A DNA stretch of 63,110 bases, filler included, from Octopus bimaculoides (taxonomy: Eukaryota): the NCBI RefSeq assembly GCF_001194135.2. It is 6 parts of 5 records of this genome, joined end to end, with 100 filler letters (N's around TTAATTAATTAA, not from the genome) between each part and the next. Parts side by side here need not be neighbours in the genome. Positions count along the whole stretch, not along the records: positions 45,571 to 57,109 come from NC_068988.1; positions 57,210 to 58,746 come from NW_026324084.1; positions 58,847 to 60,933 come from NC_068994.1; positions 61,034 to 63,110 come from NW_026314200.1; 2 more parts are not named here. One strand, given 5' to 3'. Of the stretch, positions 49,641-61,820 are shown one piece after another (positions within the stretch are counted from its first letter, which is position 1; each line of letters begins with the position of its first letter). The notes beneath the pieces are model-generated. The model had not been told where the DNA came from, made no database searches, and saw only the letters and a list, made by a program, of their open reading frames with translations. Position numbers and translations under genes: made by a program.

Positions 49641-49825
49641 AGTAAATGTGATATCTTTACTATTCTTCCTGCGTAAACACACACCCACGCCCACACACGT
49701 ATACACGCCCACACACACATATAAATATATGTGTGTGAACTTAATTACACGGACACACAGACATACACAAATAGATATTACTAATTTTGCTTTTCTCACT
49801 TCTCTTCATCTCTCTCTCATACTTC

Positions 49826-49862
<37 letters not shown>

Positions 49863-49868
49863 GATCGA

Positions 49869-49917
<49 letters not shown>

Positions 49918-50365
49918 CTTTGAGCGTGTATATAAATATGTGTCTTCCCTTTTCTTCGCTTCTGTATACTTCATCGATTTCTCTTCGGCATCTAATTATA
50001 TGTACACACACACACACACACACGCACTGATAGTATGCAAGATACTAAGTAAACATATGTACCGTCCAATGCTAGGAGTTGTCATGAACAGACATCTTAG
50101 GTGAATGTTACAAGTTCAGAAGATGGTATACGAAAGTGACATGTGTCAGAATTTACATAGCTTCATCTTCGAATCATTTGTGTGTGTGTGTTTGTGCGCG
50201 TGCACGTATATACATTCACATTGTCTACAAATTGCACTTTCGTGGAGCGTCATGACGGACGCAACATACATTCTTTCCCATCATTAGTGTCCTTAAGAGC
50301 ACTGATTATCCAATCACACGAATGCAAACACAAGTATACGTGTATTTATAGATGTTTGCATTTGC

Positions 50366-50531
<166 letters not shown>

Positions 50532-51849
50532 TGTTGACAAGGCTGCGTGCAGTTCAATTATAAATAATTAAAGATACACATTAGGTACAGGACATCACCA
50601 GCGATTGAAAAATACGTAAACAAACGACAGATAAGTACAGGACAAGACGAAAAAAACCAAAGGAAGTCTAATTCCTCATCAGTTGTCGACTGTTTATTAC
50701 TACTTGTTTCGAGCTTTCAACTCGCTGGTGATGTCCTGTACTTAATATGTATTTTGAATTACACACATACACACACACGCACACAACTCTGCTAACTAGC
50801 TGCCTCATTTAATTATTTGTATACTCATTAGCGATTCGCTAAACCACCCAAAACTTTTTTATGGAGCAAGCATATATGCTCGTGGACGTGTTGTACGGAA
50901 ACTGTCGATCTGTGCCGACCTTTCTGGTGATGCTTCGACCTAAAGCTGAACCGTATGATAAAGGAATATCATGATCGCCACTTTCCGGCCATCTACGGCT
51001 GCTTCCAGCATATGTATATACTTTATGTGCGTTGACAGCAGCAACAGAGTCCTTCTGCTCTTATTTCTAGCAAAGTAGGTGTTCTAACCCTCTTGGTCAT
51101 ATTTAATAACATTTATTGTTATCCTTTTTAGTGAAACTCTCCTAACTAGCAGCCTCATTTAATCATATATGTATATATATATTTATTTCTTCGAAAAATA
51201 TATAAATACTAACAAACGGAACAAACGGAAATTACATTGTATGTCGATAAAGGACCGTAGCAATTTCACGTGCAATTGCAACGGTCCTTTGGACGATAAC
51301 TGAAGAGGATTTAGTGACATTCTATGTGTATAATTTCCTTTTGTTCCGTTTGTTCGTACTTGGACATTTTTACAAATATATTATTTAATATAACGCTACG
51401 CGTCTTCTTATTTTGTAAACATGCAGTATGTGTGTGTGTGTGTGTATGTGTGTGTGTGTATGTGTGTGTGTATGTATATATATATGAGAGAGGGGGAGAG
51501 AGAGAGAGAGAGTCATTGTTAGACTTCTCAAGGAACACCTCAAGATGCTCCTGCTTCTAATGGTGCATGAAGAACCAAGAGGCAGACTTTGCAGTGTCCA
51601 TGGCCTAGTTTTCCGTTAGAATCTCTGGGAAAACGTCATAACAGACTTCATTCATGTTAGAGAAGTGATCGATCGTATGGTAACGCCCTTTCATCAATGA
51701 GTTCAATAATATGTTCCAGAGCTCGTCTGTATGGACAATATATAAACAAGTCCACTGGCAGCATGTTTACAAAGTAACCGAAAATTTGTTTCTCGTCTCC
51801 CGTTGGTTTTGTCTCAGATGAAACGATGACGCTAAGCAATACTGTTTTT

Positions 51850-51975
51850 TTCTTTTTCTTTTACTTGTTTCAGTCATTTGACTGTGGCCATGCTGGAACA
51901 CCGCCTCGAAGAGTTTTAGTCGAACAAATCGACCGCAGAACCTATTTTCAAAGCCTAGTACTTATTCTATCGTAT

Positions 51976-52073
<98 letters not shown>

Positions 52074-52225
52074 TTACGATGGGCTCCTTTCAGTTTCCGT
52101 CTACCAAATCCATTCACAAGAGTTTGGTCAGCCCGAGGCCATAGTAGAATACACCTGCCCAAGGTGGGGACTGAACCCGAAACCATGTGGTTGAGTAGCA
52201 TGCATCTTACCACATAGCCAAGCCT
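51850..52225 (-). mobile_element. SINE family D with internal (CA)n/(TG)n expansion
   Basis: ttttacttgtttcagtcatttgactg...tttcagtttccgtctaccaaatcc...aaccatgtgg...ccacatagcc. Confidence 0.9.
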
Positions 52226-52339
52226 GCACTTCATACACCTACACACAGATACGTGTGTATGTGCGTACGGATGTATGTTTGATTGCATGCACACACACAA
52301 ACACACACTCGCGTATACATACACATATATATATGTACG

Positions 52340-52415
<76 letters not shown>

Positions 52416-52569
52416 CGTAAAGATAAAATTCAAGGATACCTAAAAGGTATAAAAATCATCTTTCAGGAACAATAATTATTTATTGACGTAGAAGGTTGTA
52501 ATCTTTTCCGAAACTATAAAAATTGTTTTATAGCATACAGTTAGCAGCTGGGGTTGCTATGTATGCGAA

Positions 52570-53376
52570 TAGAAATCCAAAATTAGTGAAATAAAATAGA
52601 TAAAATCCAGACTACATATGTTTCATAGCTAGCTGAACCTCGGAGGTAGTAATTATCCAAACGAGGGATAATCCGCCAGCTACTTATCGGGCCAAAGATA
52701 CCTTAATCAAATGAAGTCAACACTGTCGTTGAGGGATCCCATGTTGATTCGCAGGAAATTCTTTTGATTAAGGTATCCTTGGCTCGATGAGGAGCTAGCG
52801 GATTACTCCTTGTTCGGATAATTACTACTTCTGAGATTCTGCTAACTACGAAACATATGTAGCCTGGATTTTATCTACTCCATCAAAAGATTATCGCCCG
52901 CTGCTCAATCAAAAGATTGTCGTCCGCTACTCCATGAAAAGGTTGTCGCCCGCTACTCAAACAAAAGATTGTCGTCTGCTACTCAATCAAAAGATTGTTG
53001 TCCGCTTGTTACTCGTAAGATTATCGTCCGCTACTCAATCAAAAGATTGTCATCCGCTACTCCATGAAAATACTGTCGTCCGCTACTCGATGAAAAGATT
53101 GTCGTCTGCTACTCCATGAAAAGATTGTCTTCCGCTACTCCACCAAAAGATTGTCGTCCGCTAGCTACACATCGGGCCAAAGATACCTTAATCAAAAAAT
53201 TGTCGTCGCGGGATCCCATGTAGACTAGCAGGAGATTCTTGATTAAGGTATCTTTGACTCAGTGTGTAGCAAGCAGATTACCTCTTGTTTGGATAATTAC
53301 TATTTCTGCGGTTCTGCTAACTATGAAACATGTAGACTGGATCGTATCTACTACATTTCCTAATTTTGGATTTCTA
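52570..53376. mobile_element. Fold-back or MITE-like element with internal partial duplication and minisatellite
   Basis: Outer IR tagaaatccaaaattag...ctaattttggatttcta; about 115-bp arms 52597-52710 / 52761-52877; second partial copy 53161-53350. Confidence 0.8.
52875..53160 (+). repeat. 26-bp minisatellite, 11 units
   Basis: Consensus ctactcaatcaaaagattgtcgtccg; 286 bp = 11 x 26. Confidence 0.95.
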
Positions 53377-53400
53377 ATCGCACACACACACATACACACA

Positions 53401-53441
<41 letters not shown>

Positions 53442-53460
53442 TTCACATACATATATATAC

Positions 53461-53496
<36 letters not shown>

Positions 53497-53767
53497 CTAT
53501 CTATCTATCTATCTCCATACATATAAACACTCACATATACTCACATATTCACACACAAACGCGCGTGCGTACATACACATATATACACACACACGCATAC
53601 ACAAAAGCACACACACACACGCATACACAAAAGCACACACACACACACACATTCGTGGCTCAGCTGTGTTTTTTGAAAGCAGCGAGTTAGTTGCATGTCT
53701 ATCATCAACTCATCACTCAATTTCTTCTTCACTCTTATTTGTAAATACATGCATATTTGAACGTCAG

Positions 53768-53811
<44 letters not shown>

Positions 53812-54119
53812 GCTGCTGCTGCCGCTGCTGCTGCTGCTGCTGCTATTGCTTCAACTGTTAATATTGGTTTCAAATGTTGGCATTTCTCATTTGCGCTCTA
53901 AAAGAAAATCACAGACTAATGCATAATGCATGACACATTGACAAGAATATAAAGTAAGCGAAAATACGGGAAAATAAAATAGATAGATAGATTGCGAGTT
54001 AGATAGACAGAGAGTGAGATAGATAGATTGATAGATAGATAAATAAATAGCTAGCTAGCTAGATATATAGATAGAGAGACAGAAAGTGAGAAAGATAGAT
54101 TTATAGTGTCAGAGATAGA

Positions 54120-54345
54120 TAACTTTCTTTTATTAGCCACACAGGGCTGCACACAGAGGGGACAAATACAACTGTAAAGCTTTTCTTTAAGAAAGAAAAA
54201 AAAAATCCGATCAAAAGGGATCGGTAGGGGCAAAAAAAAAAAAAGGGGGTGTCGTATATCACAGAAAATGTCAATTGTGTAAAATGGGGTAACATTAAGT
54301 TTATCCATGGAGAGAAAAGCCTACGGAAAAGACCATGGTAACCTC
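54120..54345 (-). mobile_element. 3' UTR copy of the Tx1/L1-like LINE at 60296-60933
   Basis: Shares ttttattagccacacagggct...gcttttctt...aaaagcctacggaaaagacca with 60300-60535. Confidence 0.7.
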
Positions 54346-54406
54346 AGCAGGGAATAGACACATGAGAGCGAAGTGCTCTCTCTTTTTTAAAAAACTTTTC
54401 TTTTTT

Positions 54407-54459
<53 letters not shown>

Positions 54460-54559
54460 TGGTAGTGAGATAGAGAGATAGATAGATGGACAGACAGACA
54501 GATAGATAGAACTGTGTAAATGTATTTATATACACATCTGTGTGTATAACTGTATCTTT

Positions 54560-54755
54560 AATCTTTTGTTTCGCTCATTGGAATGCAGCCGTGCTGGGGC
54601 ACTGCTGTTAAAGGGTTTAGTCGAATAAACCGACTCAAGTGCTCTATGAAAATTTTTTTTTTTCGTTTTAAGTTTGGTACTCATTCTATCGGATGTCTTT
54701 TGTTGAACTGCTACTTCAGGTGGACATAAACCAGTTTGACAAGCGGTAGAAGGAG
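54560..54755 (-). mobile_element. SINE family D, 3' part
   Basis: ttttgtttcgctcattgg...ggtactcattctatcgg...ggtttgacaagcggt. Confidence 0.65.
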
Positions 54756-54855
54756 TTCAGGCACAAACACACACACACACACACACACAGAGTATATGTT
54801 TATGTANNNNNNNNNNAACACACACACACACACACACACAGAGTATATGTTTATG

Positions 54856-54908
<53 letters not shown>

Positions 54909-55568
54909 GTCCATCTATATACATATATATAAGAAAATAGATAGGTAAGTAGGTAGATAGAAAGGTCGATAGGTTGAGAGATAGATAGAATGGTAGATAC
55001 ATACATACATACATACATACATACATACATACATGCATACATACATACATACATACATACATACACAATTATAAACATTGAAAGAATGTAAAAAGCAAAG
55101 ATGGAAAAAAAATGAAGAAAGAAATTATACAAACAAATAAAAAAAACCCAATGAAAAGCATGTAGAAAGTGATAGAGATAGAGATTAAGAAAGAAATACA
55201 GAGGGAAAGAAAAAGACAGGAAGCAAGAAACAAAGAGAGATGATTGTAATAACCACTTAAATATATGCAGGTCCATCAACAGTTTTTAGATAACACTCAA
55301 CAGCAGATAAATCTCCTCCCAGCGTTCCAAGTTAACAAGAGAGATCAGTGAATAATACTGTCTAACCACGTAGTCGACCTTGCGACTTTAATCCTCTTTC
55401 CTTCAAACCTACCCTACCTAAACTTTATACTCTTCCTTGCAAAGAGATACTTGAAGACAGCAATTAAAGAGCTTCCATTTTAAACAAGCTTTAGGCAGTT
55501 TGAACTGTGTACTCTAAAACCAAGATCTCATTCTGAAGCCCTAAATTAGAATATAGAAATAATTACAA

Positions 55569-55615
<47 letters not shown>

Positions 55616-56199
55616 NNNNNNNNNNNNNNNNNNNNNNNNNNNNNNNNNNNNNNNNNNNNNNNNNNNNNNNNNNNNNNNNNNNNNNNNNNNNNNNNNNNNN
55701 NNNNNNNNNNNNNNNNNNNNNNNNNNNNNNNNNNNNNNNNNNNNNNNNNNNNNNNNNNNNNNNNNNNNNNNNNNNNNNNNNNNNNNNNNNNNNNNNNNNN
55801 NNNNNNNNNNNNNNNNNNNNNNNNNNNNNNNNNNNNNNNNNNNNNNNNNNNNNNNNNNNNNNNNNNNNNNNNNNNNNNNNNNNNNNNNNNNNNNNNNNNN
55901 NNNNNNNNNNNNNNNNNNNNNNNNNNNNNNNNNNNNNNNNNNNNNNNNNNNNNNNNNNNNNNNNNNNNNNNNNNNNNNNNNNNNNNNNNNNNNNNNNNNN
56001 NNNNNNNNNNNNNNNNNNNNNNNNNNNNNNNNNNNNNNNNNNNNNNNNNNNNNNNNNNNNNNNNNNNNNNNNNNNNNNNNNNNNNNNNNNNNNNNNNNNN
56101 NNNNNNNNNNNNNNNNNNNNNNNNNNNNNNNNNNNNNNNNNNNNNNNNNNNNNNNNNNNNNNNNNNNNNNNNNNNNNNNNNNNNNNNNNNNNNNNNNNN

Positions 56200-56231
<32 letters not shown>

Positions 56232-56962
56232 TGTGTGCATCTACGTGACTAATTGTGAGTATACATGTATGTGAGAGAGAAAGAGAGAAAAAGGGATTAA
56301 GAGATCGAGAGAGAGTGTGAAATAAAGCGATCGATCGAAAGACAAATTGATGGATAGATAGATAGAGGGGGAGAGAAAGAAGTGTCCCGTATAACATAAC
56401 TGTATGCACAAAATGAGCAAGACCTGGGCCGAGTCGGGGCAAGCTAACTGAGCCCTCCACACACATATTCTTGTCCATTAACATTTCAAATATACCACTT
56501 ACAACCTTAGCAATTATATAAATCTTTTGTAATACCCCTTCTCAGCCCCTTCTGAAAATAAAATGCCTTACAAGTAGGCACGCACGCACACACATACACA
56601 CACACACACGCACGCACACACACACGCACGTTTCTTTACCAAGCTACTATTTTGATTTGTTTGTATAAATTTTTCCGGTTATCGAATCGCGTGATTTTTT
56701 TGTCAGCTTATCTCTTCCTGGTATCAAGCAATGCATTCTATCTTTCTCAACCACCCCTTCAAAAAACAACCTTTATTAACCCCTCGTTGGTTGAAACACA
56801 ATACCAACATGGCAAAAAAAAAAAAAAGGAAAAGAAAATGCAGTCATCCACAGATGACACGCAAATTAGTTTAATTTAGGACGAGTAACCTTCCAATCGG
56901 AAACGAGCTGACGAGAACCAGATTTGCAGAGAGCTGAGAGAGCGCTTGCATGTATGTGTAGG

Positions 56963-56998
<36 letters not shown>

Positions 56999-57339
56999 TT
57001 ATCTGTCTGTGTCTCTCTGTCAGATATATATTTATATTCACACAAACGTGTATACATCCACAAACGTATATAGCAGTATATGTATGTATATATATATATA
57101 TATATATATNNNNNNNNNNNNNNNNNNNNNNNNNNNNNNNNNNNNNNNNNNNNTTAATTAATTAANNNNNNNNNNNNNNNNNNNNNNNNNNNNNNNNNNN
57201 NNNNNNNNNGTGAAAACAGTACTTATCCAAATTTTTCCGTAATTCAATATATATATATACACGCATGTTTGATCCCGAAACTTATCTGCATTTTATTTTC
57301 GTACATTTGAACCATATAAATATACATAATACAATCATG

Positions 57340-57570
57340 TGTGTGTGTGTGTATCCTAGAACCCGTTGACGACAGGTATTGTTTTGTTTACGTCCGTACA
57401 TTAGCAGTTGAGCACAAGAGACCGATAGAATGAGTACCAAACTTAAAAAAGAAGAAAACATAAATAATGGAATCAATTTGTTTGACAAAACACTAGTATG
57501 GCTCCCTAGTATGGTCGCGTTGCACTAGTATGGTCGCAGTCCAGTGACTGAAGCAAATGAAGGAGAGAGA
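57340..57570 (+). mobile_element. SINE family D, 3' part
   Basis: gttttgtttacgtccgtac...agagaccgatagaatgagtacc...tggtcgcagtccagtgactgaagcaa. Confidence 0.7.
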
Positions 57571-57723
57571 ATAAAAGAAAATAGGTAGCTGTAGAACTTG
57601 CCTTAAAATCTGTCATGTCTCGGTCTTATTGTTTAGCATCAGAAGAGCCATGACCGAAGAGACACGTTCTCATCAAAGGCGTTCCAGATATGACAATCCC
57701 GTACTTTTCTTGACCATTATGTA

Positions 57724-57914
57724 CGAGGGGGTGCTGAAACGTTCCTGGATTTAAGGGTATTGCGAAAGGCCTAGTTGGAAGCCCAAATGTCTGAGTTCTT
57801 TTACAGGGCTTAAAAAAAATAAGGGCATGGAATATGTTGAAACAAAAAATCATAATTAACTGATCCTCCTGTATTTTCTTTTACTCAAAGCCAGGAACTC
57901 AGCAGCACCCCTCG
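57724..57914. mobile_element. 191-bp mariner-type MITE with TA TSD
   Basis: TA|CGAGGGGGTGCTGAAACGTTCCTGG ... CCAGGAACTCAGCAGCACCCCTCG|TA. Confidence 0.9.
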
Positions 57915-58069
57915 TATCTAGCATTGCATAGCCTTTATCCAATATGGCCATTTCTTCCACGAGACAGCTAGTTATAATTTGTCTGTTATATCTAGCAGGT
58001 CGAGTGGCCTATAGAAGGTTACACATTCAGTGGTGTAATGGATAACGCCCAGAGTGATGGAAATGAGAT

Positions 58070-58525
58070 GTGGATGATAAGGACTGATGCTTCGACGACA
58101 ACGACGAAGGCGATGATAATGACGACGACGATGATGGCGACTGTGGTGGAGCTGATGACGGTAATAGTGTCGATGACGATGATGATTATGGCGACGACGA
58201 TGAAGACGACGAGGACGACGGCGATGACAACGACGACGAAGACAACAAGGACAGCAGCGATGACGATGATGACGAGGGGGACGAGGAGGGGACGAGGAGG
58301 GGACGAGGAGGGGACGAGGAGGGGACGAGGAGGGGATCGATGATGCTGATGATGACGACGACATTGACAACAACGACACTGGCGACGATACTATAGTTGC
58401 TGCTAATGATAATAGCAATGATGATGATTATGGTCAAGTTGATGAGGATGACGATGATGGTGATGATTACGATGATGACGATGACGACGATGATGGTGAT
58501 GATGATGACCACGACGACGACGTTA
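58070..58525 (+). repeat. Degenerate (GAT/GAC)n low-complexity tract with (GACGAGGAGGG)n
   Basis: Direct reading. Confidence 0.9.
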
Positions 58526-58849
58526 ATATAGAATATGAATGACGAAGGAATGAGTCTGTGACATAGGCTAAACTGACGAATGTTTTGGCTGACTGGAGTT
58601 GTATAGAGACTTGTAACGTCATCGGCGGGAAGCTGTCAGTTTGCTATGTGTGTTAATAAATAGCATTGTTTAATTATAGCTGTGGGTTGTCATTACACAC
58701 ACACACACACGCACACACACGCACGTGTATGTATATGTGTGTGTGTNNNNNNNNNNNNNNNNNNNNNNNNNNNNNNNNNNNNNNNNNNNNTTAATTAATT
58801 AANNNNNNNNNNNNNNNNNNNNNNNNNNNNNNNNNNNNNNNNNNNNACC

Positions 58850-59156
58850 CCCACCCCCAATAGGGGCTTTCATTCCTACATTTTAGAGCTCCATGAGCTC
58901 CATTTTGCAGGAGCAAAATCTTTTTTACAGGTTCCAGAAGACTGAAATTTTGGAATATGCGCATAAAGATCAATAGTATGGGATACATGTCTCATGATTA
59001 GAATTTTTTTAGGGTGTGTAAAGAGGGAAAGAACCTTCATGTGCAATTTTGATGAAATTCGAATCATATGTATTCCAGTTCCTTACAGAAAATATAACAG
59101 AAAAGTCTCATTTTTCAATTGCATGTAACACGGGCAACGCCGGGTATCTCTGCTAG
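58850..59156 (+). mobile_element. Non-autonomous Helitron-like element, 3' part
   Basis: Ends cgggcaacgccggg-tatctctg-CTAG|T, same terminus as 26914-26940. Confidence 0.6.
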
Positions 59157-59647
59157 TTAGAAATAAAAATATGAATGAAAAAATTATTATGAATGAAAGA
59201 TTAAGCTTAATATAGCTTAAGTCATAGTAAAAAAAACCATTAACGATACTATAAACAAAGAAAAAGGCTAGTTATTTACATCATAATATAGAATTAAATA
59301 TTAAACAATATTAATCGAAAATATTTCAAATCTAATCAAATCGAAGTCATATTTAGGTTTAAATGATACTCTCACTTCTAAATAATTTAGTGTTAAAAAA
59401 GGTATCGATCAAAAATAATCTTTAAAAATCAATTGAATAATATAAAAATACAAGAATATATATTATTTTCAAACGATGGTATAAAGTTATTTAACAAATT
59501 AAATGTTATACTTATCCAAATGCCGTCGTATAGTATACACACACGCACATACATACATACACACATACGCATACATACATACACACACAAATACATACAC
59601 ATACATACATACATACATACATACATACATACATACATACATACATA

Positions 59648-60200
59648 CAGGCGCAAGCGTGGCTGTGTGATAAGAAGCTTCCTTCCCAACCGCATGGTTA
59701 TAGGTTCAGTCCCACTGCGTAACACCTCAGGCAAGTGTTTTCTACTATGGTAGACGGAAACTGAAAGAAGCCCGCCGTCGCTGAATTCTACACGTTTTCT
59801 TCAGTCACTCTCTATTTATTTCCTCTTATCCCTTTCTGTTGAAGAGCGTAGGCTCGAAACGTAAAAGACTTTTTCATTTCTCCCGAGCGTCAAGCTAATA
59901 CACATGCTTGTTGTTCATAGACTTGTCTTCGTCTTTGGTTTTCTACAATTTTGAACTATATGTGTGTGTATGTGTGTGTGTGCGCGCGCGCTTGTGTGTG
60001 TGTGTGTGTGCGTGTGTGTGTGTGAAGATATAAATGTTGGTGTGTGGTTGCGTCTCCGTAACTTAGCGGTTCGGCAAATATACTAAAAAAATAAGAACTA
60101 GGTTTAAAAATAAGTCCTGGGATCGAATTGTTTGACAAAAACACTTCAAGGCGTTGCTCCAGCATGTCCACAGTCAAATGACTGAAACAAGTAAAAGAAT
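59648..60200 (+). mobile_element. SINE family D split by a Penelope-like insertion
   Basis: 5' half 59648-59775 (ggctgtgtgataag...gaaagaagcccgccgt), 3' half about 60030-60200. Confidence 0.85.
59776..59955 (+). mobile_element. Penelope-like terminal repeat with hammerhead-like motif
   Basis: Homologous to 61660-61820; ctgttgaagagcgtaggctcgaaacgta. Confidence 0.6.
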
Positions 60201-60295
60201 AAAGATAGAGATATAAATACATACATACATACATACATACATACATGCATGCACACATGCGTATATATATTCAGACTCATACAGACTGGCATATA

Positions 60296-60933
60296 CATTT
60301 CTTTTATTAGCCACACAGGGCTCAACAAAGATGGGACAAATACAATGTAGAGCTTTTCTTTTTTTTTTTGGTGGGGGGGAAGTAGGGGTGTGTCGATCAA
60401 AAGGGATCGAGGAAAGAAAAAAAAAAGCAATCAATAAGGATCGTGTATCACAGTAATGTTCTCGTGTAAAAAGAGGGGAGGACAGTTTAGGTTTAGCCGT
60501 GGAAAGAAAAGCCTACGGAAAAGACCACGGTAACCTTGGTCAATATTGTCATTGAAGAAACTATAACAGTAAGTGACTCTCTTTTGCCTTTGTTTCTTTT
60601 TGTGGTTCATAGGGTTATGCTCAAGGTGGCTCCGTCATTCACACGTGCCATCCTTGTTACATTCACCCATCTTTTTTTGAAGCATTCACTAGACAAAACT
60701 TCCCGCTCTACTCTCACCTTCCTCTTCAGGTGATACTTGAAGAAGTTGATGAGAGATTGCCCAGAGAGGAAAGTCTTTGTCTCTAGACCTTTCAGACGCG
60801 TCCACCATACACATTCTTTCGCCATAGCCACAAGGACGATGAAAATAGCTATTCCTTCCCGTTTAAAGGAAGGAGGCGCGACAATATTCACGATAGACTC
60901 GGCTGATAGACCGACTCGTCCAACACGCGATAG
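60296..60933 (-). mobile_element. Tx1/L1-like LINE 3' end (ORF2 C-terminus + 3' UTR)
   Basis: ORF ending AIFIVLVAMAKECVWWTRLKGL...KRWVNVTRM...TL*, then a UTR ending in AATAAAAGAAA; the UTR recurs at 54120-54345. Confidence 0.6.
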
Positions 60934-61659
60934 NNNNNNNNNNNNNNNNNNNNNNNNNNNNNNNNNNNNNNNNNNNNTTAATTAATTAANNNNNNNNNNN
61001 NNNNNNNNNNNNNNNNNNNNNNNNNNNNNNNNNTGACTTCAACGTTTCGGACAGCTAAGCGGTGGACGGTCTGGCCTAAACTTTTATGTCTCTGTCAGTG
61101 ATAGACGTAAGACTATTAATAAATTGTAAAGGTTTGTAGGTACCTGGTACTTCGTTTTCCAAAGAGAATATACTATGAAGTATACTAAATGTTTTTTATA
61201 AGTCGGAGCTACTTCCACAGCGTTGGCAATGATTGTTACATTATTTTAAAAAATTAATAAATTTGTAGTGGTAGAAAAGTAAAGAGCAACACATCAGAAT
61301 GATATAAAAATATTTTTATTATATGATGCAGCACGGAATTTTGTCAGTGAACAGGTAGCGGTTTCAAAGCGACGAAAATATATTGACAAATTAAATTTAA
61401 ATGTTGAAGTGAATCTAATTTTTTTGCGTGTTTTTAAATGGCTTATAAATACCTTCCACGTTGCAATTAATTTTTATTATAACTGAACATAAAAGCAAAC
61501 ACACACATAGACACATATGTATGTGTGTGTATACATACGAATATATGTATGTATATATGTATATACATATACGTATATGTATATTTGTACATATATGTGT
61601 ATATGGATTTATGATCGGCCATTATTATCATTGACCGTTGACTGAACACTATTCAATTT

Positions 61660-61820
61660 TTTTTTCTCCATGTTTTTCTCCTTGTCTCCGTATTCTTTCT
61701 GTTGAAGAGCGTAGCTCGAAACGTCAAAGACTTTCCGTATTCCCGAGCGTCATACTAATATATCCTTTTGTTATTTACACCACCTGTCCTCGTCTGTTGT
61801 TATTATTTGTATATTCTCCC
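61660..61820 (+). mobile_element. Penelope-like terminal repeat with hammerhead-like motif (second copy)
   Basis: tctttctgttgaagagcgtagctcgaaacgtcaaaga; cccgagcgtca.actaata shared with 59880-59900. Confidence 0.6.

Noticed and set aside
51570-51760. PWPSFP...WENVITDFIH as a Gypsy integrase remnant
   Set aside because: Suggestive but too short and frameshifted to call without a profile search.
52875-53160. Regular 26-bp array as a CRISPR array
   Set aside because: Units are contiguous with no unique spacers, there are no cas genes, and the context is eukaryotic.
57972-58512. Ser/His/Arg/Thr-rich ORFs
   Set aside because: They derive from a degenerate GAT/GAC repeat, with no domain or splice support.
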